A program made the position numbers and the translations under genes. Positions 55,694 to 64,000 of a DNA stretch of 64,000 bases are shown here, in pieces. The DNA comes from a virus (Duplodnaviria > Caudoviricetes). The notes beneath the pieces are model-generated. The model was not told the origin of the DNA. It saw only the letters and a list, made by a program, of their open reading frames with translations, and did no database searches. Location of the stretch: IMG/VR virus record IMGVR_UViG_3300021426_003004, positions 6,973-70,972 of that record, one strand, 5' to 3'. Numbering within the stretch: the stretch's first letter is position 1; each line of letters opens with the position of its first letter.

Positions 55694-55922
55694 AGGATAT
55701 CACGAACTGGCGAAGGCGATCATCCTGCAGGCAATCAAGGATTTCGAACCGGCCTATCTGTGGCTGAAAAAGCACCCGGAGGATGAGTGGGCGGGAAAAC
55801 GGGTACGGGAGATCACGGAGTTCTTCTGCAGCGAGTATTTCTGCCTGCTGTCTGAAATGGATGGTCCCCGGCTGCTGAAACAAATCATTTATAAGCTTGA
55901 TACGAAAGGACGAATCAAATGA
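55683..55922 (+). CDS. Conserved phage hypothetical protein
   Basis: YHELAKAIILQAIKD..EFFCSEYF..LSEMDG; 4-nt overlap with SNF2. Confidence 0.7.
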   Translation: MCDEGYHELAKAIILQAIKDFEPAYLWLKKHPEDEWAGKRVREITEFFCSEYFCLLSEMDGPRLLKQIIYKLDTKGRIK

Positions 55923-57298
55923 AAAGAACCGACTTATATGAATACCAACACTACTGCGTTGACTTCCTGAAATCACATCCGGAAGCAATGCTGATCCTCG
56001 AAATGGGCTTAGGCAAGTCAGCTATATCCCTGACAGCGATTCTGGATCTGATGTTTGATCGGTTTGACGTCGGAAAGACACTGGTGATCGCTCCATTACG
56101 AGTTGCCAGAACGGTATGGCCTGAAGAACGTGAGACCTGGGAGCACGCTTCCTTCCTGCAGATGTCCGTCATGGTTGGCGATGCGAAACAGCGTGCCGCT
56201 GCCCTGCGGGCACAAGCTGACGTGTACGTGATCAACCGGGACAATGTGAAATGGCTGACGGATTATCTGGAGAAGCACAATATGCCATGGCCATTTGACA
56301 TGGTGGTGATTGACGAGCTTAGCAGCTTCAAAAATCACCAGAGTCAGCGCTGGCGGGCACTGCGGAAGGTGCGTCCGTATATCAAACGGATCGTTGGTCT
56401 GACCGGAACACCGGCCAGCAACGGCTTACTGGATCTGTGGGCGGAGACGTACCTGATCGATAAAGGTGTGCGGCTGGGGCAGTTTATCACCCGGTACCGT
56501 GAAGCGTATTTTAAACCGGCAGGCATGAATCCGTACACCGGAGTGGTTTACAACTATGTGCCGCGTCCCGGGGCGGAGGAACTGATCTATCAGAAGATCG
56601 CGGACATCTCCGTGTCTATGAAGGCGAAGGACTACCTGCACATGCCGGAATGCCTGACCGTCACCCACAATGTGGAGATGGACCCGGAAGAACGGAAACT
56701 GTATGACTCCATGAAGGAAGATCTCCTGGTGGATGTCGAGGGAGACACACTGACAGCGGATAATGCCGCTGCCTTGTCCAATAAACTCCTGCAGATGGCA
56801 AACGGTGCGGTCTACAATTCCGATAAGGAAGTGAAGCCGCTCCACGAGAAGAAGCTGGAAGCCCTGTTTGATCTGATTGAACAGGCAAACGGACAGAGCG
56901 TGTTGGTGTGTTACTGGTACAAGCATGACCATCAGCGGATTCAGGAATACCTGACCGCAAAGGGAGTGCCGACCCGGGATCTGAAGTCCGATCAGGATAT
57001 TGCCGACTGGAATGCTGGCAAGATTCCTGTGGCTCTGATCTCACCGGCCAGCGCCGGGCATGGCCTGAACATTCAGAAAGGCGGACACATCATGATTTGG
57101 TTTTCGCTGGTGTGGTCGCTGGAACTGTACTCCCAGACCAACGCCCGTCTCTGGCGGCAAGGGCAAAATGAAGTGGTGACCATCCACCACATCGTGATGA
57201 AGGACACTGTTGATGAGAATGTGCTTTCCGCACTGAAACGGAAAGACACCACGCAGCAGAGCCTGATCGATGCGGTGAAGGCCCACCTGACAATCTGA
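55919..57298 (+). CDS. SNF2-like (DEAD/H) phage helicase
   Basis: LEMGLGKS, IAPLRVA, VIDELSSFK, LTGTP, AGHGLNIQ, ARLWRQGQ. Confidence 0.93.
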   Translation: MKRTDLYEYQHYCVDFLKSHPEAMLILEMGLGKSAISLTAILDLMFDRFDVGKTLVIAPLRVARTVWPEERETWEHASFLQMSVMVGDAKQRAAALRAQADVYVINRDNVKWLTDYLEKHNMPWPFDMVVIDELSSFKNHQSQRWRALRKVRPYIKRIVGLTGTPASNGLLDLWAETYLIDKGVRLGQFITRYREAYFKPAGMNPYTGVVYNYVPRPGAEELIYQKIADISVSMKAKDYLHMPECLTVTHNVEMDPEERKLYDSMKEDLLVDVEGDTLTADNAAALSNKLLQMANGAVYNSDKEVKPLHEKKLEALFDLIEQANGQSVLVCYWYKHDHQRIQEYLTAKGVPTRDLKSDQDIADWNAGKIPVALISPASAGHGLNIQKGGHIMIWFSLVWSLELYSQTNARLWRQGQNEVVTIHHIVMKDTVDENVLSALKRKDTTQQSLIDAVKAHLTI

Positions 57299-57344
57299 GT
57301 CAATCTCAATGGCAATCCGAGAAACACTATTATTTTCGGAGGTT

Positions 57345-57812
57345 ATGCCTATGAGTATCATGTGGAAGTATCTCGACAAACGGACCGCGACGATTGCGGC
57401 ACTGAAGGATTTCAAAAGCATGCAGTTCATCATCAAGAACTCCGGCGAGGAAATCAAGGGTGCCTATGAAACCATGGCAGGCGTCACCAGTCCCAAGTGG
57501 GATGGGATGCCGAAAGCCCATAATCCTACCGCCGGGGAAGACCGGATGCTGAAAGCGATCGAGGAAATCGATGTGCTGCGGGAACGCTACCGGCAGGCGG
57601 TCGAATTCATGAACTGGTTCATGCCCGCGTGGGAGCAGCTTTCTGAGGAGGATCAGTTTTGTTTGGAAACTTTCTATGGGGATTCCAAATCTTACGGAAG
57701 CGGCGCTGCCAGCTATATTGCCGAGTACCTGCATGTGGAACAGGCAACGGCATACCGGCATAAGAACCGGGCGTTGGATCGGTTAACTGTCCTGTTGTAT
57801 GGGAAAGGGTAA
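57345..57812 (+). CDS. Phage transcriptional regulator (ArpU/DUF1492-like)
   Basis: DGMPKAHNP, WFMPAWEQLSEEDQFCLETFY, C-terminal HTH with ALDRLTVLLYG. Confidence 0.7.
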   Translation: MPMSIMWKYLDKRTATIAALKDFKSMQFIIKNSGEEIKGAYETMAGVTSPKWDGMPKAHNPTAGEDRMLKAIEEIDVLRERYRQAVEFMNWFMPAWEQLSEEDQFCLETFYGDSKSYGSGAASYIAEYLHVEQATAYRHKNRALDRLTVLLYGKG

Positions 57813-57933
57813 TGTCCAATTTATGATAATATTCCCCGTCCCGAATGTGTTATTATGATATCATGGAAAATCGTGAAGGCCCGTCAGGCACAGTACCTGG
57901 CGGGTTTTCCTTTTCCCCCGAAGGAGGAACGCT

Positions 57934-59001
57934 ATGCTTTTTACATCTGAACAGGTGTCCGCTGGACACCCTGACAAAATCTGTGACCAGATTTCTGACG
58001 CTATTCTGTCTGATTGCCTGAGCCATGACCTGCAGTCCCGTGTGGCTATCGAAACCCTGATCAAGGACAACCACGTGACGGTTGCAGGGGAGATCACCTC
58101 CGACCACGAGCCAGATGTGCATGACCTGGTTCGGAAGGTACTGGCTGTCCGGGAGCCGGAGATCAGGGACACCTTTGATCTGACGGTTCATATTTCGAAG
58201 CAGTCCGGCGATATCGCTTTGGGCGTTGATCGCAAAGGCGCAGGCGACCAGGGCATGATGTTTGGCTATGCCACCAACGAAACACACAAAATGCTGCCGC
58301 TTCCTTTTGTTCTTGCAACCGAAGCAATTCAGTATCTGCAGCAGGGAGAGTATCCACAGCTGCTGCCTGATGCCAAGAGCCAGGTGTCTTTCGATTACCG
58401 GAAACACAGGATCGATACCTTCTTGATCAGCACCCAGCATCGGGAAGATGCCAAGACCGAGGATATTCAGGAGATCTGCAAGCACATCATGCATAAGATC
58501 GCTGACGCCTATGGCCTGAACCAGGATTTCCGGGTCTTGATCAATCCAACCGGACGATTCGTGACCGGCGGCAGCTTTGCCGATTCCGGAGTGACCGGAA
58601 GAAAGATCATCGCGGATACGTACGGAGGCGCAGCGCACCACGGAGGCGGTGCTTTCAGCGGAAAAGATCCGACGAAGGTCGACCGGGCAGCAGCGTACAT
58701 GGCCCGTCGGATTGCAAAGGATGTGGTTCGTGACGGAATGGCTGGAAAGTGCGAGGTGCAGCTGGCCTATGCCATCGGGATTGAAGAGCCGGTCAGCGTC
58801 TGTGTGAACACCTTCCGTTCCGGCATGGTGCCTGTGAGGTACATTGAGAAGTGGATTCGAAAGAACTATGACCTGACGCCGGAAGGCATCATTGATTTCC
58901 TTGGCCTGCGACATGTGGATTATACCTATACCTCTACGCTGGGACACTTCTGGCGGCAGTGGATGCCGTGGGAGAACGATAGCAAACCTTATGGAAAATA
59001 A
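57934..59001 (+). CDS. metK: S-adenosylmethionine synthetase (phage-borne)
   Basis: FTSEQVSAGHPDKICDQISD, GAGDQGMMFGYA, GVTGRKIIADTYGG, GGGAFSGKDPTKVDR. Confidence 0.95.
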   Translation: MLFTSEQVSAGHPDKICDQISDAILSDCLSHDLQSRVAIETLIKDNHVTVAGEITSDHEPDVHDLVRKVLAVREPEIRDTFDLTVHISKQSGDIALGVDRKGAGDQGMMFGYATNETHKMLPLPFVLATEAIQYLQQGEYPQLLPDAKSQVSFDYRKHRIDTFLISTQHREDAKTEDIQEICKHIMHKIADAYGLNQDFRVLINPTGRFVTGGSFADSGVTGRKIIADTYGGAAHHGGGAFSGKDPTKVDRAAAYMARRIAKDVVRDGMAGKCEVQLAYAIGIEEPVSVCVNTFRSGMVPVRYIEKWIRKNYDLTPEGIIDFLGLRHVDYTYTSTLGHFWRQWMPWENDSKPYGK

Positions 59002-59023
59002 TCCGCTGGAAGCATTGAAATTG

Positions 59024-59055
59024 CTTGACTTTATGACCTTTTAGAGTGAGTAATG
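59024..59055 (+). promoter_or_regulatory. Class II bipartite promoter-like motif (further copies at 21971, 22206, 61154-61185 minus, 61481-61512 minus)
   Basis: CTTGACT, 13-nt spacer, GAGTG-AGTAATG. Confidence 0.55.
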
Positions 59056-59084
59056 TCCTACCAAAATCGAAGGAGGTATGGACC

Positions 59085-59930
59085 ATGACCGTAACTACCA
59101 ACACGACCGACCGCAAAGCGCTGGCTAAAGCCATGGCTGATGAACTGGGTACAACCGCTAAGTACATGGGGCCGCCCACATTTGGATACCAGGTTGGCGA
59201 CTACACTGTCGACCGGGACGGCAACATCGAGGGAGAAGATTTCGGAGCTCTGCAGGATTTCCTGACCCGGATCGGCTGTTTCCCGGAAGAGGAAGCTGCC
59301 CCGGCGGAGGAGCAGACGGAACCTGAACCCGAAACGACTGGGACGGTGGATCAGGTGAGCATTTCGGTACCCGCTGACGATTTGACAGCGCTGCAGTTGA
59401 AGAATCTGATCTTCATGCTGTACACCAAGCAGTACCTGATCGGAAAGATGACCGGCGGCGATCAGCTGAGCATCCCGGATACCTTAATCGCAAGACTGAT
59501 GGAGCAGACCCCGGAAACCACAGCGGATTTCATTCCTCTGCTGGATACCGCTAAGGAAGATGGCCTGACCGGATTTGATTTCGCAGACGGAAAGATCACC
59601 GTCACCTACCAGGCACATCCGGATGAGCCGGAACGGAACATGGTGTACGCCATGTTGACCGCCCGGATTCTGAAAGCGGCAAAGGAAGCGACCCGGGTTT
59701 TCCCGGAGCGTCAGGAACCCGCAAACGAGAAGTACTTCGCCCGTGCATGGCTGATGCGGATCGGGTACGGCGGTACTGATTCCAAAGCGGAGCGGAACCT
59801 TCTGCTGAAGCACCTGAAGGGGCACAGCGCTTTCCCGAACGACGATGCGGCTGAGAAGCACAAGGAGAAGTACGCGGCGATCCGGAAAGAGAAAAAGCTG
59901 GCGGCGCAGGAGGTGTCCTCCAATGACTGA
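59085..59930 (+). CDS. Conserved phage protein of the family often labelled 'virulence-related protein'
   Basis: RKALAKAMADELGTTAKYMGPPTFGYQVGDYTVD; NEKYFARAWLMRIGYGG..RNLLLKHLKGHSAF. Confidence 0.7.
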   Translation: MTVTTNTTDRKALAKAMADELGTTAKYMGPPTFGYQVGDYTVDRDGNIEGEDFGALQDFLTRIGCFPEEEAAPAEEQTEPEPETTGTVDQVSISVPADDLTALQLKNLIFMLYTKQYLIGKMTGGDQLSIPDTLIARLMEQTPETTADFIPLLDTAKEDGLTGFDFADGKITVTYQAHPDEPERNMVYAMLTARILKAAKEATRVFPERQEPANEKYFARAWLMRIGYGGTDSKAERNLLLKHLKGHSAFPNDDAAEKHKEKYAAIRKEKKLAAQEVSSND

Positions 59931-60450
59931 TGTCCAGAAGGCCCTTGCTGATTTGAAAGCCCGGCAGGAAGCCGGAGAACAGATGCCTTGCCCCCGGTGC
60001 GGGAAGGACACGATGAAGCCTGCCCTGTGCACGAACGCACTGAGCCGGGTTGCCGATGGGATCTTCGTGTGTGACGATTGCGGAACACAGGAAGCCCTAC
60101 TGGCATTCATGCAGAACCCAATGCCCGTGGATGAATGGGCATTTCTGAACCCTGATTTGCCCGATGTCGATTTCAAAGATCTCCCGGGCAAAGCAGTCTG
60201 GGAACAGATTCGGATGGATCACGGCCCGGCGCTGATCAGTATTTTCAAGCGCTGGACACAGGAACAGCCGGGAGCGGATTTCAAACCGTACCGCCGGGAA
60301 GCTATGAAACGCTGTCCCGGACTGACACAGATTTGGGACCGGCCTTTCCAAGCCATGTATGAAGTTTCTGATGGCCAGCTGATCCTGCGATTCAGGAACA
60401 CTGACGACGGTGTTGAGCTGACGGCAGACCTGATGGAAAACGACAAGTAA
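59923..60450 (+). CDS. Zn-finger hypothetical protein
   Basis: CPRCG..NALSR..VCDDCGTQEAL. Confidence 0.7.
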   Translation: MTDVQKALADLKARQEAGEQMPCPRCGKDTMKPALCTNALSRVADGIFVCDDCGTQEALLAFMQNPMPVDEWAFLNPDLPDVDFKDLPGKAVWEQIRMDHGPALISIFKRWTQEQPGADFKPYRREAMKRCPGLTQIWDRPFQAMYEVSDGQLILRFRNTDDGVELTADLMENDK

Positions 60451-60675
60451 GCCCCGGCGGATTTAGGAGCGGAGCAGCCAAGCGCTGCCCCGCCTTTTTC
60501 TGCGTTTGTCGCGGGCTGTCTGCCGCCTCTGGTTCATCGGTCGAATGAAAACCCGATCGCCAGCCGTGGCGGGCAACGTGGGCAAACGTGGCGGGAACAA
60601 GGAAAGCCGCCTCCGATTTGGAAGCGGCTGTAATTGTGTGCCCCTGCGGGCCTATTTCCCTGGTTGTGAAGGTCC

Positions 60676-61119
60676 TCACCAAGCGTATCCCCGGGCGATG
60701 CTTCTTTCCAGCGCTGGCTTCAGAACCGTCTTGATTTGGGAGCCGAGGCCGAGTTTGCGGTAGGCATCGGCGATGCCTTCGTAGTACTGCGTGTGCGGCG
60801 GTGATTTCCGGATCATCTTCATCAGGTAGATCATGCCTTCGACCATTGTGCCGTCATTCATGTGTACCCACCAGCGATCCTTGATGTAGTAGCTGGGGTA
60901 TCCTTCGTAGCGATCCAGCATCTGTTCATCCCGCTTGTTGATTTCCCAGACAGCGACCGGTACGCGATTCCGCTGATCACCGGTTTCTTCGACTGTGGCG
61001 TGGAGGTAGAACTCCAACCGGGCTCCGCTGATGTACCCGGTGCCGATCAGCTTGGCCTCCGGGCAGCGAACAGCCATCTGTTCCTGGACCATGTTTGATC
61101 CATAAGCGATGTATTTCAT
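60676..61119 (-). CDS. Gamma-glutamylcyclotransferase (AIG2-like) family protein
   Basis: MKYIAYGSNM..QMAVRCP, VPVAVWEI..LDRYEGYPSYY. Confidence 0.9.
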   Translation of the reverse strand: MKYIAYGSNMVQEQMAVRCPEAKLIGTGYISGARLEFYLHATVEETGDQRNRVPVAVWEINKRDEQMLDRYEGYPSYYIKDRWWVHMNDGTMVEGMIYLMKMIRKSPPHTQYYEGIADAYRKLGLGSQIKTVLKPALERSIARGYAW

Positions 61120-61187
61120 AGCGCCTCCTGATTCAAGAGCCTGTGGCTCGTTTCTATCTTCACCCTTTTCAGGGGAAAACGCAAGTG

Positions 61188-61439
61188 TCAATCGTTGACT
61201 GTGTATTCGTACAGGTCAGCCATGTCGAGAACCGTAACCCGGTAATCCGGGCGGTAGCCGAACGGATCGCGTTCGTACAGTTCGTACTTGTCGATTTCAG
61301 AGCTGACACAATCTTCGATGAACTCCGCCCGGGCATCGCTGTCCGGGAACCGGATCTGATTGTCTTCTTCCAGTTCGGTTGCCGCCTGATCGATGTAGTA
61401 GCGGATGTCAGCGTCGGTAATAACTGCGGTGATCTTCAT
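61188..61439 (-). CDS. Small acidic hypothetical protein (83 aa)
   Basis: RBS GAAGGAGG; MKITAVITDADIRYYIDQAA. Confidence 0.65.
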   Translation of the reverse strand: MKITAVITDADIRYYIDQAATELEEDNQIRFPDSDARAEFIEDCVSSEIDKYELYERDPFGYRPDYRVTVLDMADLYEYTVND

Positions 61440-61545
61440 TCGAAAGCCTCCTTCTTGATTTGAAAGCCCTGCGGGCTGTCCATCCATCACTCTGCCGCCG
61501 CCGGAAGTCAAGTGAATGTGTACTTCCGGCGGCGCTTTTTCCTGG

Positions 61546-61749
61546 TTAATCTGCGTACTCGATTTCCAAGACTCCATCGTCGCCGGGATTGATCGCTGTG
61601 ATGCTTTTCATCATCAGGTCGAAGTGGATGTCGCCGGAAACTGTGCTGTCGAAAACCGTGACGGTCTCGTCGCCGCCGAGGTATTTCAGGATTCGAACCG
61701 GGGCGTTGAAGTTGAACTCGGGGTTGTTGAGAAGCTCGTGGATGTACAT
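61546..61749 (-). CDS. Small hypothetical protein (67 aa)
   Basis: RBS AAGGAGG; MYIHELLNNPEF. Confidence 0.65.
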   Translation of the reverse strand: MYIHELLNNPEFNFNAPVRILKYLGGDETVTVFDSTVSGDIHFDLMMKSITAINPGDDGVLEIEYAD

Positions 61750-61767
61750 TCTGATTCCTCCTTGATT

Positions 61768-61995
61768 TCAAAGCTGTGCCCGAAGGCGAAGGGTGATGTT
61801 GCTGATTTCCCGGGGAGTCATCCCGGTTATCTCCAGATCGTTCCGACCGTTGATGGTCGCCATCAGGATTTCGAAGAGCTCGATTTGGAAGCTGGCGGCG
61901 TGGTTGTCCGGGTCTTCCATCCGGAACTGTGCCCAGTCCCGCTTCAGGTCTGCGACCGTGTATTCCCGGTCGTCGTTCAGGTCGATGAACCTCAT
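61768..61995 (-). CDS. Small hypothetical protein (75 aa)
   Basis: RBS AAGGAGG; MRFIDLNDDREYTV. Confidence 0.65.
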   Translation of the reverse strand: MRFIDLNDDREYTVADLKRDWAQFRMEDPDNHAASFQIELFEILMATINGRNDLEITGMTPREISNITLRLRAQL

Positions 61996-62010
61996 GGTGC
62001 GTACCTCCTT

Positions 62011-62084
62011 CTTGATTTGGGAGCCTGTGGCTCCGGGCGAGGGTTCCCAGCAGGAGCCCTCAACCGGAACCGCCCGGCGGCGGT
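62011..62084 (-). repeat. Three-hairpin intergenic repeat, copy C
   Basis: Plus strand CTTGATTTGGGAGCCTGTGGCTCC..AGGGTTCC..GGAGCCCT..ACCGCC..GGCGGT. Confidence 0.8.
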
Positions 62085-62094
62085 ACCGTGTGCG

Positions 62095-62688
62095 TCAGCG
62101 GATGGTGAAGTACTTACCCTTGGCTCTGATTTCAAAGCTGCGCTTGCCGCCTTTGCCCCAGACCCGGGTCATCTTTTCGATGTCTTCCAGCTTGCAGGTC
62201 TTCATCTTGGGCTGTTTCCGGAGCCAGCGCAGGGCGATCGATTTGTAAGCGTCGCCGACTTCCTCCCGGCGGGTCTCTTCGTGTGCCTTGTAGCGTTCCC
62301 ACTGGAGCTTACTGATCCGGCGGCCTTCTTCCATGTCGGTGTACCAGCTGTGGTTGCGGTTGCCGCCGATCCAAGCCCACTCGATTTGGAAGCGTGGCTC
62401 GAGGCGGTTGTTCCAAACGGTGCCGTCCCAGTTGTCGTAGACCCGTGTGTCCGGTGCGGCCTTTCCGACCGTCAGGCAGATGGTGTCGCCGTTGTACCCG
62501 TCCTCGTCCCGTGCCCAGCGGTGTTCCCGGGTCAGAAGAACCCGGAGGATTTCAGAGCCGTTGGTCAGGTCGATGTGTGCGATCTCGCCTTGGCTCCCGT
62601 TCATGGTGTCCGGGAAAATGGTGTACCCCTGATTCAGGAGCTCGGTGACCTTCTGGGTGTAGATGTTGCGGATATCCTGCTTTTTCAT
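62095..62688 (-). CDS. Hypothetical protein (197 aa)
   Basis: RBS AAGGAGGG; MKKQDIRNIYTQKVTELLNQGY. Confidence 0.7.
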   Translation of the reverse strand: MKKQDIRNIYTQKVTELLNQGYTIFPDTMNGSQGEIAHIDLTNGSEILRVLLTREHRWARDEDGYNGDTICLTVGKAAPDTRVYDNWDGTVWNNRLEPRFQIEWAWIGGNRNHSWYTDMEEGRRISKLQWERYKAHEETRREEVGDAYKSIALRWLRKQPKMKTCKLEDIEKMTRVWGKGGKRSFEIRAKGKYFTIR

Positions 62689-62717
62689 GGTGTGCCCTCC
62701 TTGGCGCTGTGCGCCTG

Positions 62718-62793
62718 TTGATTTAGGAGCCTGTGGCTCCGGGTGAAGGCTCCCGATTCGAAAGCCCTCAACCGGAACCGCCGGTGTGGCGGT
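62718..62793 (-). repeat. Three-hairpin intergenic repeat, copy B
   Basis: Plus strand TTGATTTAGGAGCCTGTGGCTCC..AAGGCT..AGCCCT..ACCGCC..GGCGGT. Confidence 0.8.
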
Positions 62794-62800
62794 GGGCGGC

Positions 62801-63064
62801 TTACCAGATCCCGCCCGTCCGGGTCAGGTGTGCCGCCCGATCCAGATTCAGGAGCTCGGCGGCGACCTGTTCCTCGGTCAGGGAGCCGAGGGTGCAGACC
62901 CGCTTGCTGTCCCGGAAAACGAACCAGCTGTGCCCGGTGACCCCTTGCCGAGCCCAGTGATACTCGGTTTCGTCGTAGGGGTGGATGCTGGAAACGCAGG
63001 GTGTGCCCGTGCGGGGGTCGGTCTTGATTCCAAAGCGCTGGCGGTCGACGGTGATGGTCTTCAT
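62801..63064 (-). CDS. Hypothetical protein (87 aa)
   Basis: RBS AAAGGA; MKTITVDRQRFGIKTDP. Confidence 0.65.
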   Translation of the reverse strand: MKTITVDRQRFGIKTDPRTGTPCVSSIHPYDETEYHWARQGVTGHSWFVFRDSKRVCTLGSLTEEQVAAELLNLDRAAHLTRTGGIW

Positions 63065-63094
63065 GGTGTGTTCCTTTCCGGGCAAAAAGCCCTG

Positions 63095-63169
63095 CTTGAT
63101 TTAGGAGCCGTGTGGCTCCCGGGAAGGTTCCCGATCTGGGAGCCCTCCGGGGAACCGCCCAGCGGCGGT
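63095..63169 (-). repeat. Three-hairpin intergenic repeat, copy A
   Basis: Plus strand CTTGATTTAGGAGCCGTGTGGCTCC..AAGGTTCCC..GGGAGCCCT..ACCGCC..GGCGGT. Confidence 0.8.
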
Positions 63170-63187
63170 CGGTGTGTGCCCGCCGGA

Positions 63188-64000
63188 TCAGGAAGCCCGG
63201 CGGGTGGTCTCGGCACCGTTCCTCCAAGCGGCGTTCCCGGGCAGGTGCTTCAGGAGGTGTGTCCGGGCGGTCTTGAACTCGTCGCCGTTCAGCCCCAGCC
63301 GGAGGAGCCAGCACCGGAAGGTGTAGGCGGGGTTGTCGGTTTCCGGGCGGCGGGGGCTGGCGCTGGCGACCGTCAGGGCTTGGTGGGAAATCGCAAGGCA
63401 AAGCTGGATGTACCCCTTGACCTCCCCGGCGTGGAGGGTCGAGTTGAAAGCCCGGAACTCGATGGTGCCCTTCTGCCAAACGGCGTGGAGGTTCAGGAGG
63501 TGGTACCGGGAGGGGTCGTAGTGCTGGTGTGCGTGCCATTCCCAGTTCCGGTCGTCGTACCAAATCCGGGCAAGCTCCTCGGAGGAGGTCGGCTTCCGGC
63601 GGTTCAGGGTGGCGAGGAAGTCGGGGTCGACGGGCTGGCACCACCGTTCCCGGCGGGCGGGGGAAATCTGCAGGGCTTGGGTCAGGAGGTCTTCCTTGGC
63701 GTTCACCAAGTTGACCAAGTTGCGCAGGGTGCGGGGGGTGTGGCTCCCCAGCCCGACGTGCACGTGGATGCCGCAGGAGGGGTCGGCGTGTGCCCCCGCC
63801 GCCCGGAGCGCCCGGACGCAGGCCTGCACCGTTTCGAGGTCTTCCCAGCGGCACACCGGGGTGACGAACTCTGTGCCTTGGTCCCGGGGTCCGGCGATGC
63901 TCCCGTCGGAAACGCACTTCCAGCGGCGGCCTTCCCGGTCGATGGCGACCCAAGCGTCGTAGGAACCGCCTTCGTGGCGCACCTCGGCGGTGTAGATCGG
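63188..64000 (-). CDS. Putative amidoligase (COOH-NH2 ligase type 2 / Amidoligase_2), 5' end beyond the window
   Basis: SDGSI, EFVTP, SCGIHVHVG, RYHLLNL, TIEFRAFNSTLH. Confidence 0.9.
   Translation of the reverse strand, partial: PIYTAEVRHEGGSYDAWVAIDREGRRWKCVSDGSIAGPRDQGTEFVTPVCRWEDLETVQACVRALRAAGAHADPSCGIHVHVGLGSHTPRTLRNLVNLVNAKEDLLTQALQISPARRERWCQPVDPDFLATLNRRKPTSSEELARIWYDDRNWEWHAHQHYDPSRYHLLNLHAVWQKGTIEFRAFNSTLHAGEVKGYIQLCLAISHQALTVASASPRRPETDNPAYTFRCWLLRLGLNGDEFKTARTHLLKHLPGNAAWRNGAETTRRAS

Larger units (their letters stand above)
1..64000. mobile_element. Temperate siphophage/prophage DNA (serine-recombinase type, with PolA-DUF2815-DUF2800, P4 primase, metK and amidoligase modules), either one permuted element or two tandem related elements
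   Basis: Tail, lysis, recombinase, replication and accessory modules fill the window; no host core genes recognised; both ends run out of the window. Confidence 0.9.

Noticed and set aside
60730-60744. CTTGATTTGGGAGCC inside the GGCT coding sequence, identical to the start of repeat copy C
   Set aside because: It lacks the rest of the element and is constrained by coding (GSQIK); may be a relic but cannot be supported.
62011-63169. CRISPR array
   Set aside because: Units are about 75 nt, degenerate and separated by whole genes rather than 30-40 nt spacers.
61516-63953. Long plus-strand ORFs (401 aa) and a 422-aa alternative minus-frame ORF
   Set aside because: Artefacts of high GC content; they overlap better-supported minus-strand genes with clear RBSs.

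Overview
The whole 64 kb window looks like temperate siphophage (prophage) DNA from a Bacillota/Clostridia-type host, and I recognised no host housekeeping genes. The order is as follows. 1-8.1 kb: tail spike, DUF859-like tail protein, holin and endolysin. 8.2-21.3 kb: about 13 kb of cargo made of two convergent LacI/GH13/ABC maltodextrin-utilisation operons around three small genes. 21.4-25.0 kb: HTH/Zn-finger gene, two SHOCT-like genes and two large serine recombinases. 25.0-25.5 kb: a repeat-rich non-coding junction. 25.5-34.1 kb: an extended type I restriction-modification operon headed by an intact but apparently catalytically dead ISL3-type transposase homologue. 34.3-35.8 kb: a structured leader and a sigma-like gene. 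35.8-50.7 kb: a minus-strand block with a flavin reductase, a six-gene SLOG/ankyrin/ADP-ribosylglycohydrolase/HEPN candidate defence operon, PolA/DUF2815/DUF2800 and two secreted proteins. 51-57.8 kb: P4-type primase, iteron origin, VRR-NUC and SNF2. 57.9-60.5 kb: metK and conserved phage genes. 60.7-64 kb: a minus-strand amidoligase/GGCT small-gene array punctuated by a repeated three-hairpin element. The best candidates for something new are the SLOG-ARH-HEPN operon, the domesticated ISL3 homologue coupled to hsdM, the repeated structured intergenic element and two element-specific bipartite promoter-like motifs. Family assignments come from motif recognition by eye; no database searches were run.
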